Source: Candidatus Multivoradales bacterium
GTDB lineage: Bacteria; Acidobacteriota; Thermoanaerobaculia; Multivoradales; Multivoraceae
Direction: 5' to 3'
DNA: 64,000 nucleotides
Assembly: GCA_965223325.1 (NCBI GenBank)
Contig: CBDCWI010000002.1
Location: 2,400,001-2,464,000 of the forward strand
Of the stretch, positions 48,435 to 58,641 are shown piece by piece. Below the pieces are notes generated by a model. It was given only the letters and a program-made list of their open reading frames with translations. It was not told the origin of the DNA and made no database searches. Positions within the stretch are counted from its first letter, which is position 1, and the number at the start of each line of letters is the position of its first letter. Both the position numbers and the translations under genes were made by a program.

Positions 48435-49063
48435 GACGCTTCCTTGTGGAGCACACCAACGAGACGACCGAGGGCCTCCTCGCTGATCAGGACGTGTTCG
48501 CGATCGACCACGTCGTAGACGTTGACGCCGAGGGCGTCCACCGCCTTGACCTGTGCCAGGTTGCGCGAAGCAAGGCCCAGCTTTTCGTTGTGGTAGTTGT
48601 CGACGATGAGCGCCTTGCCGTCGACACCGAGTGCGTCGAGCGTGGCGAGAAAGTCTTGCGTACGGTGGCTCTCGAGCTCGAAGTTCTCGATCACGAAGAG
48701 CTTCTCTTCGGCAAGCTTCCTCGACAGCGCTGAGCGCAGAGCGTTCTTCTTCTCACGTACGGAGAGCTTGTCTTTGTAGCTGCGCGGCCTGGGGCCGTGA
48801 GCCGCACCGCCACCACGACGAATCGGGCTGGCTGCCGGGCCAACACGGGCACGACCGGTGCCCTTCTGCCGGTAGAGCTTGCGGCCCGAACCAACGACCT
48901 GGTTGCGATTCTTGGCGGAGTGCGTTCCCGAGCGCTGTGCGTTGCGATAGGAGACGACGGCCTGGTGGATCAAGTGCTCGTTGTAAGGGTACGAGAAGAC
49001 CTCATCGGGCACCTCGACCTTACGCAGAGCCTTGTTCGCCTGGCTTTTGACCTGGAGTTTCAT
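48431..49063 (-). CDS. rplD: 50S ribosomal protein L4
   Basis: RQKGTGRAR, GGG.AHGPRPR. Confidence 0.97.
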   Translation of the reverse strand: MKLQVKSQANKALRKVEVPDEVFSYPYNEHLIHQAVVSYRNAQRSGTHSAKNRNQVVGSGRKLYRQKGTGRARVGPAASPIRRGGGAAHGPRPRSYKDKLSVREKKNALRSALSRKLAEEKLFVIENFELESHRTQDFLATLDALGVDGKALIVDNYHNEKLGLASRNLAQVKAVDALGVNVYDVVDREHVLISEEALGRLVGVLHKEAS

Positions 49064-49081
49064 GACGTTCGTGCCTCTTCT

Positions 49082-49900
49082 CTACTCGTCGTCCGCCTGA
49101 GCGGTCTCGTCAGTGCTCGCAGCAGCCTCTTCCGCGGCCTCTTCTGGGGCTTCACCCGCAGGTTCTTCCGCGGCAGCCGCCTCGACGGTCTCCTCGACGA
49201 CTTCTTCAGCTGCCTCCTCGACCGGCGCTGTGACCTCTTCGATTTCGCCCGGTGCAGCTTCGCGTTCCCCGCGGCCCTTCCAAGATCGCTCGATGAGCAC
49301 CAGACCGTTGCGACCACCGGGAACCGAACCGCGCACGAAGAGCAGGTTCTCTTCAGGAATCACGCGAACGACCTCGAGGTTGCGGGTCAAGGTGCGCGCG
49401 TTGCCCGTCTGGCCCGGCAGGCGAACGCCAGGGAAAACACGCGACGGCGAGGCGGACTGACCAACGGAACCGGGGGCGCGATGAAACATCGAACCGTGCG
49501 TCGCGCGACCGCCACCGAAACCGTAACGCTTCATAACGCCCTGGAACCCCTTACCCTTGCTGGTACCTACGACGTTGACGAACCGGTCGTTGACGAAGAT
49601 TCCGACCTTGACCTGATCTCCAGGCTGGGGATCGGCGTCTTCCGCGATAGGCACCTCGGCGGTCTTGCGCATCGGCTGCACTCCAGCCTTGGCAAAGTGG
49701 CCCTTCATTGCCTTGGTGACCTTCTTCGGAGCCACGCGGTCAATGAGCCCGATCTGAGCAGCCTCGTACCCGTCCTTCTCGGTGGTCCGTCGTTGCACAA
49801 CGACGCACGGGCCAGCCTTGATGACGGTGCACGGAATCGCGCGGCCGTCGTCGGCGTAGACCTGGGTCATACCGATTTTCCTACCCAGCAACCCATCCAT
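49082..49900 (-). CDS. rplC: 50S ribosomal protein L3 with acidic C-terminal extension
   Basis: GRKIGMTQ, KGKGFQGVMKR, HRAPGS. Confidence 0.97.
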   Translation of the reverse strand: MDGLLGRKIGMTQVYADDGRAIPCTVIKAGPCVVVQRRTTEKDGYEAAQIGLIDRVAPKKVTKAMKGHFAKAGVQPMRKTAEVPIAEDADPQPGDQVKVGIFVNDRFVNVVGTSKGKGFQGVMKRYGFGGGRATHGSMFHRAPGSVGQSASPSRVFPGVRLPGQTGNARTLTRNLEVVRVIPEENLLFVRGSVPGGRNGLVLIERSWKGRGEREAAPGEIEEVTAPVEEAAEEVVEETVEAAAAEEPAGEAPEEAAEEAAASTDETAQADDE

Positions 49901-49982
49901 TTTCTTTAGTGCTCCGTGCTCTCTGCTTGTACTGGTGAAGTCAAAACGAACATCGACTCGGCGACGAGCCGAGCGCAGTTCT

Positions 49983-50300
<318 letters not shown>

Positions 50301-50398
50301 TTCTGCAGTCTCACCAGAGTTCCGCTAACGGATTCGTTGTTCTTGGACACAAGGGTTCTTGCCTAGTTGCGACCGGCATCTTCTGAAGTCTTCGATGC

Positions 50399-51586
50399 CT
50401 ACTCGTGAATCTCGGTGACAGTTCCGGCCCCGACGGTGCGGCCGCCTTCGCGAATCGCAAAGCGCACACCCTTCTCCATGGCGATCGGAGCGATCAGCTC
50501 CACGTCGAGCGACACGTTGTCGCCAGGCATCACCATCTCGGTGCCCTCAGGAAGCTCCGCGATACCCGTCACATCGGTGGTGCGGAAGTAGAACTGGGGA
50601 CGGTAGCCCTTGAAGAACGGAGTGTGGCGACCACCCTCCTCCTTCGTCAGGATGTAGACCTCGCCCTTGAACTTCGTATGCGGAGTGATCGAACCGGGCT
50701 TCGCCAGGCACTGACCACGCTCGACCTCGTCCTTCTTCGTGCCACGAAGAAGAACACCGACGTTGTCACCCGCCTCACCGCGATCGAGAAGCTTGCGGAA
50801 CATCTCCACACCCGTCACCGTCGTCTTCGACGTGTCACGAATACCAACGATCTCCACCTCGTCACCGACGTTGACCACACCACGCTCCACGCGGCCGGTC
50901 ACCACGGTGCCACGACCCTGGATCGTGAAAATGTCCTCGATCGGCATCAGGAAGTCCTTGTCCACGTCGCGCGTCGGGTTCGGAACGTAAGAGTCCACCG
51001 AGTCCATCAACTCCACGACCTTCTCGGCCCACTCCGAAGCCGGGTCCTCGAGAGCCTTCAAGGCCGAACCGCGAATGATCGGGATGTCGTCGCCAGGGAA
51101 CTCGTAGTACGTCAAAAGCTCACGAAGCTCGAGCTCGACCAGGTCGAGAAGCTCTTCGTCGTCGACCGTGTCGCACTTGTTCATGAAAACGACGATGTAT
51201 GGAACACCGACCTGCCGAGCCAACAGAATGTGCTCACGCGTCTGAGGCATCGGACCATCAGCAGCCGACACCACCAGGATCGCGCCGTCCATCTGCGCGG
51301 CGCCCGTGATCATGTTCTTGACGTAGTCAGCATGGCCGGGGCAGTCGACGTGAGCGTAGTGACGGTTCTCCGTCTCGTACTCGACGTGAGCGGTCGCGAT
51401 CGTGATGCCGCGCTCGCGCTCCTCAGGCGCCTTGTCGATCTGGTCGAAGGCGACCGCCTCGGCGCCACCCTTCGCGGCCAGAACCGCGGTGATCGCTGCC
51501 GTCAACGTCGTCTTACCGTGATCGACGTGACCAATCGTCCCCACGTTCAGGTGGGGTTTGGTGCGTTCAAACTTTTCCTTGGCCAT
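50399..51586 (-). CDS. tuf: Elongation factor Tu
   Basis: [21 protein letters not shown]. Confidence 0.99.
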   Translation of the reverse strand: MAKEKFERTKPHLNVGTIGHVDHGKTTLTAAITAVLAAKGGAEAVAFDQIDKAPEERERGITIATAHVEYETENRHYAHVDCPGHADYVKNMITGAAQMDGAILVVSAADGPMPQTREHILLARQVGVPYIVVFMNKCDTVDDEELLDLVELELRELLTYYEFPGDDIPIIRGSALKALEDPASEWAEKVVELMDSVDSYVPNPTRDVDKDFLMPIEDIFTIQGRGTVVTGRVERGVVNVGDEVEIVGIRDTSKTTVTGVEMFRKLLDRGEAGDNVGVLLRGTKKDEVERGQCLAKPGSITPHTKFKGEVYILTKEEGGRHTPFFKGYRPQFYFRTTDVTGIAELPEGTEMVMPGDNVSLDVELIAPIAMEKGVRFAIREGGRTVGAGTVTEIHE

Positions 51587-51663
51587 CGCTACATTCCTTC
51601 CAATCGGCTCTCTGACTTATTGGTTTCAGGTTTCGTTTTCTTTGACTGACGTTTCTATCGGGT

Positions 51664-53745
51664 TCAGGTCGCGGCCTGACCAACGACTTCATCGACGACG
51701 CTCTTGGGCGCCGCCTCGTACGAGTGGAACTGCATGGTCGAAGTGGCGCGCCCTTGAGTCAGGGAGCGCAGGTCGGTGGTGTAGCCGAACATCTGTGCCA
51801 GCGGCACCAAGCAGTTGATGACCTGCGCGTTGCCGCGCGCCTCCATACCCTGCACACGGCCACGGCGTGAGTTGATGTCGCCCACGACGTCACCGAGGTA
51901 CTCCTCTGGCGTGACGACCTCGACCGACATGATTGGCTCGAGCAGCTGAAGCTTCGCCTTCTTGGCGGCGTCTTGCCAGGCCATCGAACCAGCGATCTTG
52001 AAGGCGACTTCCGAGGAGTCGACCTCATGGTAGTTGCCGTCGTAGAGATCGACCTGGACGTCGACGACCGGAAAGCCGGCCAGAGGACCGGATTCGAAAG
52101 CCTCTTCGATGCCCTGGAAGACGTTCTTGATGAACTCGCGCGGAATCGCACCACCGGTGACCTGGTCCTGGAAAATCTGATCTTCCTCGCCGGTCGAGTG
52201 GAACGGCCGCACGCGAATCTTGGCGTGACCGAACTGACCACGACCACCCGACTGGCGCTTGAACAGGCCATCGCCCTCGGCCTCCTGGAGGATGGTCTCC
52301 TTGTAGGCGACCTGCGGGCGACCAACCGTCGCGCCGACGTTGAACTCGCGCACCAGGCGATCGGTGATGATCTCGAGATGGAGCTCGCCCATGCCCGAGA
52401 TGAGGACCTGGTTGGTGTCGGGGTCGGTGTGAACGCGAAACGTCGGGTCTTCCTTCATCAGCTTGCCGAGGGCGACCGAGAGCTTCTCCTGGTCGGCCTT
52501 GGTCTTGGGCTCGATCGAAACCGAGATCACCGGCTCTGGGAAGGTCATCGACTCGAGGACGATGGGATCCTTCTCAGCACAGATCGTGTCGCCAGTGGTC
52601 GCATTCTTGAGGCCAACCGCCGCACAAATGTCGCCGGCCGAAACCCGTTCGAGCTCCTCGCGCTTGTTGGCGTGCATCTGCAGCAGCCGACCAACGCGCT
52701 CCTTCTTGCCGCTCGTCGAGTTGAGAACCGACGAACCGGCCTCGAGTGAACCCGAGTAGACGCGGAAGTAGGCGAGCTGGCCAATGAAGGGGTCGGTCAT
52801 GATCTTGAAGACCAGGGCGGAGAACGGAGCATCGTCCTCCGGCTTACGGACGGCCACCTCTTCGGAACGCGGCAGGGTACCCTCGATCGCTGGCACGTCG
52901 AGCGGCGACGGCAGGTAGTCGATGACTGCGTCGAGCAGCGGCTGGACGCCTTTGTTCTTGAACGCTGAGCCGCACAGAACCGGCTGCAGCTTGCTGTCGA
53001 TGGTAGCTTGGCGGAGCGCCTTCTTCAGGTCGTCTTCGGTGACCTCTTCTCCACCGAGGTACTTCTCGAGCAGATCGTCGTCGGTCTCGGCGATCGCCTC
53101 GACCATCTTCTCGCGCGCCTCCTGAGCCTCGTCCATCATCTCGGCCGGGATCTCAGCGACCTCGTACTCGGCGCCCATCGTCTCGTCTTTGTAGTAGATG
53201 CCGCGCATCCCCATGAGATCGATGACGCCCTTGAGGTTTTCCTCGGCGCCCCAGGGAAGTTGAATGACACACGGCGACGCACCGAGGCGCGAAACCATCA
53301 TGTCGACGCAGCGCCGGAAGTCGGCACCAACGCGATCCATCTTGTTGACAAAGGCCATGCGCGGAACCCGGTACTTGTCGGCCTGGCGCCACACCGTCTC
53401 CGACTGCGGCTCGACACCGGCGACCGCATCGAACACCGCAACCGCACCGTCGAGCACCCGCAGTGAGCGCTCGACCTCGACCGTGAAGTCGACGTGACCC
53501 GGGGTGTCGATGATGTTGATCCGGTTCTCGTTCCAGAAACAGGTCGTCGCGGCAGACGTGATGGTGATGCCGCGTTCCTGCTCCTGAACCATCCAATCCA
53601 TCGTCGCGGTGCCTTCGTGCACCTCGCCGATCTTGTAGTTCACACCCGTATAGAAGAGGACACGCTCGGTGGTCGTCGTCTTACCGGCATCGATGTGGGC
53701 CATGATGCCGATGTTGCGGGTTTTTCGTAGGGATACCTTGGCCAT
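51664..53745 (-). CDS. fusA: Elongation factor G
   Basis: [26 protein letters not shown]. Confidence 0.99.
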   Translation of the reverse strand: MAKVSLRKTRNIGIMAHIDAGKTTTTERVLFYTGVNYKIGEVHEGTATMDWMVQEQERGITITSAATTCFWNENRINIIDTPGHVDFTVEVERSLRVLDGAVAVFDAVAGVEPQSETVWRQADKYRVPRMAFVNKMDRVGADFRRCVDMMVSRLGASPCVIQLPWGAEENLKGVIDLMGMRGIYYKDETMGAEYEVAEIPAEMMDEAQEAREKMVEAIAETDDDLLEKYLGGEEVTEDDLKKALRQATIDSKLQPVLCGSAFKNKGVQPLLDAVIDYLPSPLDVPAIEGTLPRSEEVAVRKPEDDAPFSALVFKIMTDPFIGQLAYFRVYSGSLEAGSSVLNSTSGKKERVGRLLQMHANKREELERVSAGDICAAVGLKNATTGDTICAEKDPIVLESMTFPEPVISVSIEPKTKADQEKLSVALGKLMKEDPTFRVHTDPDTNQVLISGMGELHLEIITDRLVREFNVGATVGRPQVAYKETILQEAEGDGLFKRQSGGRGQFGHAKIRVRPFHSTGEEDQIFQDQVTGGAIPREFIKNVFQGIEEAFESGPLAGFPVVDVQVDLYDGNYHEVDSSEVAFKIAGSMAWQDAAKKAKLQLLEPIMSVEVVTPEEYLGDVVGDINSRRGRVQGMEARGNAQVINCLVPLAQMFGYTTDLRSLTQGRATSTMQFHSYEAAPKSVVDEVVGQAAT

Positions 53746-53871
53746 GATCTGGTCTCTCGAGCGAACCCCGAAAGGGGGCGCTGGAACTAGCGGGGCTTCT
53801 TGGATTGGGCTTTCTAGCTTGGGTGAGTGTCGCCCGAACGACGACCGTGTGCTGGCTGAGCGCCTCTGCTC

Positions 53872-54342
53872 CTACCAGCGGTAATGGGCGTACGCCTTGT
53901 TGGCGTCGGCCATGCGATGGGTGTCTTCTCTCTTCTTGACCGCAGCGCCGCGGCCTTCGGCCGCCTCGATCAGCTCGCCGGCGAGCTTCTCGCGCATGGT
54001 CTTCTCGTGCCGCTTCTGCGCCGCCTGGATGATCCAGCGCATCGAAAGCGCCAGCTTGCGCCCCGGATGCACTTCGATCGGCACCTGATAGGTGGAGCCA
54101 CCTACGCGCCGAGACTTGACCTCGACGGCAGGCTTGACGTTGTCAACGGCCTTCTTGAATGTCTTGAGTGGATCTTCCTCGCCCCGCTCTTTGATCATCG
54201 CGAGCGCGTCATAAAGGATGCGCTCGGCGACAGTCTTCTTGCCATCCTCCATCACGACGTTGATGAACTTGCTCACCAACTGGGAGTCGTACAGGGGATC
54301 CGGAAGGATCTCTCTCTTGGGTACTTCGCGGCGTCTCGGCAT
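53872..54342 (-). CDS. rpsG: 30S ribosomal protein S7
   Basis: [29 protein letters not shown]. Confidence 0.98.
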   Translation of the reverse strand: MPRRREVPKREILPDPLYDSQLVSKFINVVMEDGKKTVAERILYDALAMIKERGEEDPLKTFKKAVDNVKPAVEVKSRRVGGSTYQVPIEVHPGRKLALSMRWIIQAAQKRHEKTMREKLAGELIEAAEGRGAAVKKREDTHRMADANKAYAHYRW

Positions 54343-54543
54343 TTCGTTCTCTCTTGCGGAAACTTTTCAGGTCGTGGTCGGAAGATCGTTGGAATGGCTT
54401 TGCTAGAAGGTGGTGCGGCGAGCTCACGCGCTCGCTTGCGCCGTCTCGTTCTCCCCTTCGGTGGGGCGACCCCTCTAGCGGGGGCTGGATGTCAAAGATC
54501 GTGGGGTTCGGTTCGTAGCTCGGCCGGGGTGCTCGAGGTGGCG

Positions 54544-54918
54544 CTAGCCCTTGGGGCGTTTGGCGCCGTACTTCGAGCGACTCTGGCGTCGAGACTCAAC
54601 TCCTACGGCATCGAGTGTGCCGCGAATGACGTGATAGCGGACCCCCGGCAGATCCTTCACACGACCACCGCGAATGAGCACAATCGAGTGCTCCTGGAGG
54701 TTGTGGCCAACGCCGGGGATGTAGGTGGTGACTTCGATGCCGTTGGTCAATCGAACACGAGCCACCTTGCGAAGCGCCGAGTTCGGCTTCTTCGGCGTCT
54801 GGGTGTACACGCGAACACAGACTCCACGCTTCTGAGGGCAAGCCTGCAGAGCGGGACTCTTGGTCTTTGACTTCTGCTTCACGCGGCCCTTACGGACCAG
54901 CTGGCGAATTGTCGGCAT
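54544..54918 (-). CDS. rpsL: 30S ribosomal protein S12
   Basis: [21 protein letters not shown]. Confidence 0.99.
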   Translation of the reverse strand: MPTIRQLVRKGRVKQKSKTKSPALQACPQKRGVCVRVYTQTPKKPNSALRKVARVRLTNGIEVTTYIPGVGHNLQEHSIVLIRGGRVKDLPGVRYHVIRGTLDAVGVESRRQSRSKYGAKRPKG

Positions 54919-55311
54919 TCTTCTCTCTTCTCTTGCTTCTCAGACTCGACGAACAACTGAACTCATGCTCTGCAGTGACTCCACCAAACAGCGAAACGGC
55001 GTCTGCCACCACACCCGGAAAACGATCAGCGCGTGTGGTGAGGGCGACGTTCCGAGTGCGACCTGGAACCATCCGGACCCAACAACCTCAATCACGAAAA
55101 GAGGAGGCCGGGCGGGTCGCTCGTCCGGTAGTCATAACCGACTGACACTGGCAACGATCGGGCGCCCCGAAGGGGCCCGGTGCCGAACTATGAGCTCGTG
55201 CTCAGAGCTGCTGCGCTAGTGCTGTCGGAACGGAGATGGAGCCGAAGGAATCCACTTACGACGAGGTGCTCGACGTACGAAACCAACGACAAATCACTGC
55301 CAAACCAGGGG

Positions 55312-55340
55312 ACCTTAGCAAAGGGTAGGAGACGGGTCAA
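55312..55340 (-). promoter_or_regulatory. Candidate sigma70 promoter of the str operon
   Basis: Minus strand TTGACC-N17-TAAGGT with a TG extension. Confidence 0.5.
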
Positions 55341-55484
55341 CAGAAAGCTGGTCGGAACGCTTCAGCGATTTCCGCGGGTCTCCGCCCTCCGAGTTGACAA
55401 ACAAGGTCGAGACGGTTTCGTCCAAAACGGCTGCATCCGGGCCCCGACCTAAACCTCCTGATGACCTTCATTTTCTATTTATTC

Positions 55485-55493
55485 TGGTATAAC
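55485..55493 (+). promoter_or_regulatory. Candidate extended -10 promoter of wzm
   Basis: TGgTATAAC preceded by an AT-rich tract. Confidence 0.45.
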
Positions 55494-55582
55494 CTGAGGG
55501 GGTTCGGTCGCCCTCCCCGTCCAATCGTCTGCCTCGCTCCGCTCCACGCTCGCCTCCACCTGCCCGCGACACCCCGAATCCA

Positions 55583-56479
55583 ATGCTCCATCCTCCTTCG
55601 ACCGCCGAGCCCGGAGAGCTGACTCTTCCTGTTCAGCCCCCCGTGTCTGACGATCCCACCCAGAGGATCACTGTGATCCGCCCCACCAAAGGGTGGCTCG
55701 CAATCGACCTGCAGGAGATGTGGCGGTACCGGGAGCTACTGTTCTTCCTCGCCTGGCGCGACGTGAAGATCCGCTACAAGCAGACAGTTTTTGGCGTCGG
55801 ATGGGCCGTCATCCAGCCAGTCATGACCATGGTCGTGTTCTCCTTGTTCTTCGGCAAACTGGCCTCCATCCCGTCCGACGGCGTGCCCTATCCGGTCTTC
55901 AGCCTCGCGGCGCTCGTTCCGTGGACGTTCTTCGCGTCCGGCATCACGCAGTCGGCGAATAGCCTCGTGGGAAGCCAACACCTGATCAAGAAAGTCTACT
56001 TTCCGCGCCTGATCATCCCGTTGTCGAACATCTTCACCGGCCTGGTGGACTTCGGAATCGCCTTTCTCGTGCTGATCGGCATGTGTCTGGCCTTCCACAT
56101 CGAACCGACCAGAGACCTCCTGTGGCTACCCCTCTTCCTCGTCCTGGCGCTGGTGACCGCACTGGGAACAGGCCTGTGGCTCTCGGCCCTTAACGTCCAG
56201 TTCCGCGACGTTCGCTACACCCTGCCGTTCCTGACTCAGCTCTGGCTCTTCGCCACACCAATTGCCTATCCGAGCAGCCTCGTCCCGGAGAAGTGGCAGG
56301 TCGTCTATGCCCTCAATCCGATGGTCGGAGTCGTCGAAGGGTTTCGCTGGGCGTTGCTAGGCACCGAAACGGCGCCCGGCCCCATGGTTCTGGTCTCGAG
56401 CATCGTCGCCCTCACGCTTCTTGCCACCGGCATCGCATTCTTTCGGCGCATGGAGAAGACGTTCGCCGACGTCCTCTAG
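55583..56479 (+). CDS. wzm: ABC-2 polysaccharide export permease (Wzm/TagG-like)
   Basis: RDVKIRYKQT..G..W..IQP, KKVYFPR, TPIAYP, LNPM. Confidence 0.93.
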   Translation: MLHPPSTAEPGELTLPVQPPVSDDPTQRITVIRPTKGWLAIDLQEMWRYRELLFFLAWRDVKIRYKQTVFGVGWAVIQPVMTMVVFSLFFGKLASIPSDGVPYPVFSLAALVPWTFFASGITQSANSLVGSQHLIKKVYFPRLIIPLSNIFTGLVDFGIAFLVLIGMCLAFHIEPTRDLLWLPLFLVLALVTALGTGLWLSALNVQFRDVRYTLPFLTQLWLFATPIAYPSSLVPEKWQVVYALNPMVGVVEGFRWALLGTETAPGPMVLVSSIVALTLLATGIAFFRRMEKTFADVL

Positions 56480-56487
56480 ATCTGACA

Positions 56488-57750
56488 ATGACTTCAGCTA
56501 TTTCGGTCGACGGCCTGTCGAAGTGCTACAACATCGGCACCCTCAAGGCGCAGACCAACGACATTCGCGATGCGATCACCGACTCAGTGACCCGCCCCTT
56601 CAAGAAGGTCGCCGGTCTTTTACGGGGCCACGCCAGCGCCGCCGCCGATCTCAACGAAGAACTGTGGGCCCTCGACGATGTCAGCTTCCAGATCGAAGCA
56701 GGCGAAGCCGTAGGGATTGTGGGGCACAACGGTGCGGGGAAGAGTACGCTGCTCAAGATTCTCTCGCGAATCACCGAGCCAACCCTGGGCGAGGCAAGGC
56801 TGCGCGGTCGCGTCGGCAGCCTGCTCGAGGTCGGCACGGGATTTCACCCCGAACTCAGTGGGCGCGAGAACATCTACCTGAACGGTGCGATCCTCGGCAT
56901 GGGACGTCATGAGATTCAGGGCAAGCTCGACCGTATCGTCGAGTTCGCGGGTGTCGAGCGCTTTCTTGATACCCCGGTCAAGCACTACTCGAGCGGCATG
57001 TACCTGCGTCTCGCCTTCTCGGTAGCCGCCCACCTCGAGCCGGAGATCCTGATCGTCGACGAGGTACTGGCAGTCGGCGACCAGGCGTTTCAGGAGCGTT
57101 CGATTGGGCGCATGAAGGAGGTTGCAAACGAAGGACGGACTGTTCTGTTCGTCACTCACAACCTCTCGGCCGTGTCCACCCTGACGGAGCGGTCCATCCT
57201 TCTTCAACACGGAAAGGTGGTCCGAGACGGCCCCACCGAGGACATCGTGGAGCATTACCTGGGCACGATCGACCAACTCTACGGCGCCGCCGACAGCTCA
57301 GCGTTGGGAGAGGATTCCGTGATTCGATCCCTGCGAGTCGTCCAAGGAGGGGATGGAAGCCAGACAGCGATGACTGGCGAGCCGCTCGAACTGAGAATGG
57401 AGTTCGACTCGCCAGAGCCGCTCGTCGAACCTGACCTCGACATTTCGATTGACCACTTGCAGTTCGGCCGTGTGCTCACCACCAGCAGTCGGATTCAGGG
57501 TGTCCACGGAGTCGACGGTAGTGCACCCGTCCGGCGAGGCACGTTCGTTTGTCGGATCGACAAGCTACATCTCAACCAGGGCCAGTACATCCTCACCCTC
57601 CGCATCGGCGACCGCAGCGGACCGATCGAGGTCCACAAACGAGCTCTGACGATGAGGATCGTGCCCAACGCGGTGAAGGGATCTCAGAGCTTCGCAGACC
57701 TCGGCCGACCGTTGATCTATGAGGACTTCCAGTGGCGCTACGAACCGTGA
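56488..57750 (+). CDS. wzt: ABC polysaccharide export ATPase (Wzt) with C-terminal domain
   Basis: GHNGAGKST, YSSGM, VDEVLAVGD; beta-rich C-terminal extension. Confidence 0.93.
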   Translation: MTSAISVDGLSKCYNIGTLKAQTNDIRDAITDSVTRPFKKVAGLLRGHASAAADLNEELWALDDVSFQIEAGEAVGIVGHNGAGKSTLLKILSRITEPTLGEARLRGRVGSLLEVGTGFHPELSGRENIYLNGAILGMGRHEIQGKLDRIVEFAGVERFLDTPVKHYSSGMYLRLAFSVAAHLEPEILIVDEVLAVGDQAFQERSIGRMKEVANEGRTVLFVTHNLSAVSTLTERSILLQHGKVVRDGPTEDIVEHYLGTIDQLYGAADSSALGEDSVIRSLRVVQGGDGSQTAMTGEPLELRMEFDSPEPLVEPDLDISIDHLQFGRVLTTSSRIQGVHGVDGSAPVRRGTFVCRIDKLHLNQGQYILTLRIGDRSGPIEVHKRALTMRIVPNAVKGSQSFADLGRPLIYEDFQWRYEP

Positions 57751-57765
57751 GCGGAGGCGCCGTAG

Positions 57766-58560
57766 ATGTCTGAGCCGTGGGGCAACCGTCGTCGCCACGT
57801 GATCGGTGAGAGACTGGCCTGGTTCTCCGAGCCCGCCACGGAAGAATTCTGGGAAAGGTACTTCGACCGCCAACTCGAGCCCAGCGCCATCGAGGCACGC
57901 TCCCGCTGGGACTGTCGCAGAGACAAGCTAGGTCGCCTACTGCTCGCGAACCTGCCAACCGATGGACGACACCTCGAGGCCGGGTGTGGCGCAGGGCAGT
58001 ACGTTTTCGGACTCCGACTTCGGGGACTCAACGTCGAGGGTGTCGACTACTCGGAGAAAGTCGTCAGACGAATCAAGGAGCTGGTTCCCGCTGCGCCGAT
58101 CCGGTCAGGCGATGTGCTTGCACTGGACGCCGCCGACGGATCCTACGACTCCTACCTGTCGTTCGGCGTCGTCGAACACCGCCGCGAGGGCCCCGAGCCC
58201 TTCCTGACCGAAGCACGGAGGGTCCTCCGGCCAGGTGGCGTTCTCGCGCTTTCAGTTCCCTACTTTGGGCCCGTTCGCCGACTTCGGGCCGCGCTTGGCG
58301 CATACGAACCGTCTGAACCCGACGTCCCCTTCTACCAATGGGCCTTTTGCCGAGAGGACCTTTGCGCTCGCATCGAGGCGGCTGGATTCGCCATTGACGC
58401 CCTTCATCCCCTGGGTGCGAATCGACTGCTCGAAGAAGAAAGTTCGTTGTACCGCTTCCTGGCGCAGAAGCGCGGCGAGACCTACCTTCGCCGCCTCGTC
58501 GACTTCCTGCTCGGGCGCCTTGACGGTCACACGATCCTGGTCCTGGCTCACGCTGTTTGA
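57766..58560 (+). CDS. Class I SAM-dependent methyltransferase
   Basis: LEAGCGAG, GVDYS, GVVEH, RVLRPGG..SVP. Confidence 0.88.
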   Translation: MSEPWGNRRRHVIGERLAWFSEPATEEFWERYFDRQLEPSAIEARSRWDCRRDKLGRLLLANLPTDGRHLEAGCGAGQYVFGLRLRGLNVEGVDYSEKVVRRIKELVPAAPIRSGDVLALDAADGSYDSYLSFGVVEHRREGPEPFLTEARRVLRPGGVLALSVPYFGPVRRLRAALGAYEPSEPDVPFYQWAFCREDLCARIEAAGFAIDALHPLGANRLLEEESSLYRFLAQKRGETYLRRLVDFLLGRLDGHTILVLAHAV

Positions 58561-58574
58561 CACGAGGAAGCAGG

Positions 58575-58600
58575 CGGGCCGGGGCTCGCACCCCGGCTCG
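58575..58600. terminator. GC-rich hairpin between the convergent methyltransferase gene and rpoC
   Basis: CGGGCCGGGG-ctcgca-CCCCGGCTCG; no U-tract. Confidence 0.4.
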
Positions 58601-58641
58601 TCACAGATTCGTCTGACGCCCTTGCGCCAGACGCGCTACTG

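Noticed and set aside
54544-54918. Streptomycin-resistance substitutions in S12
   Set aside because: PKKPNS and RVKDLPG are the wild-type motifs.
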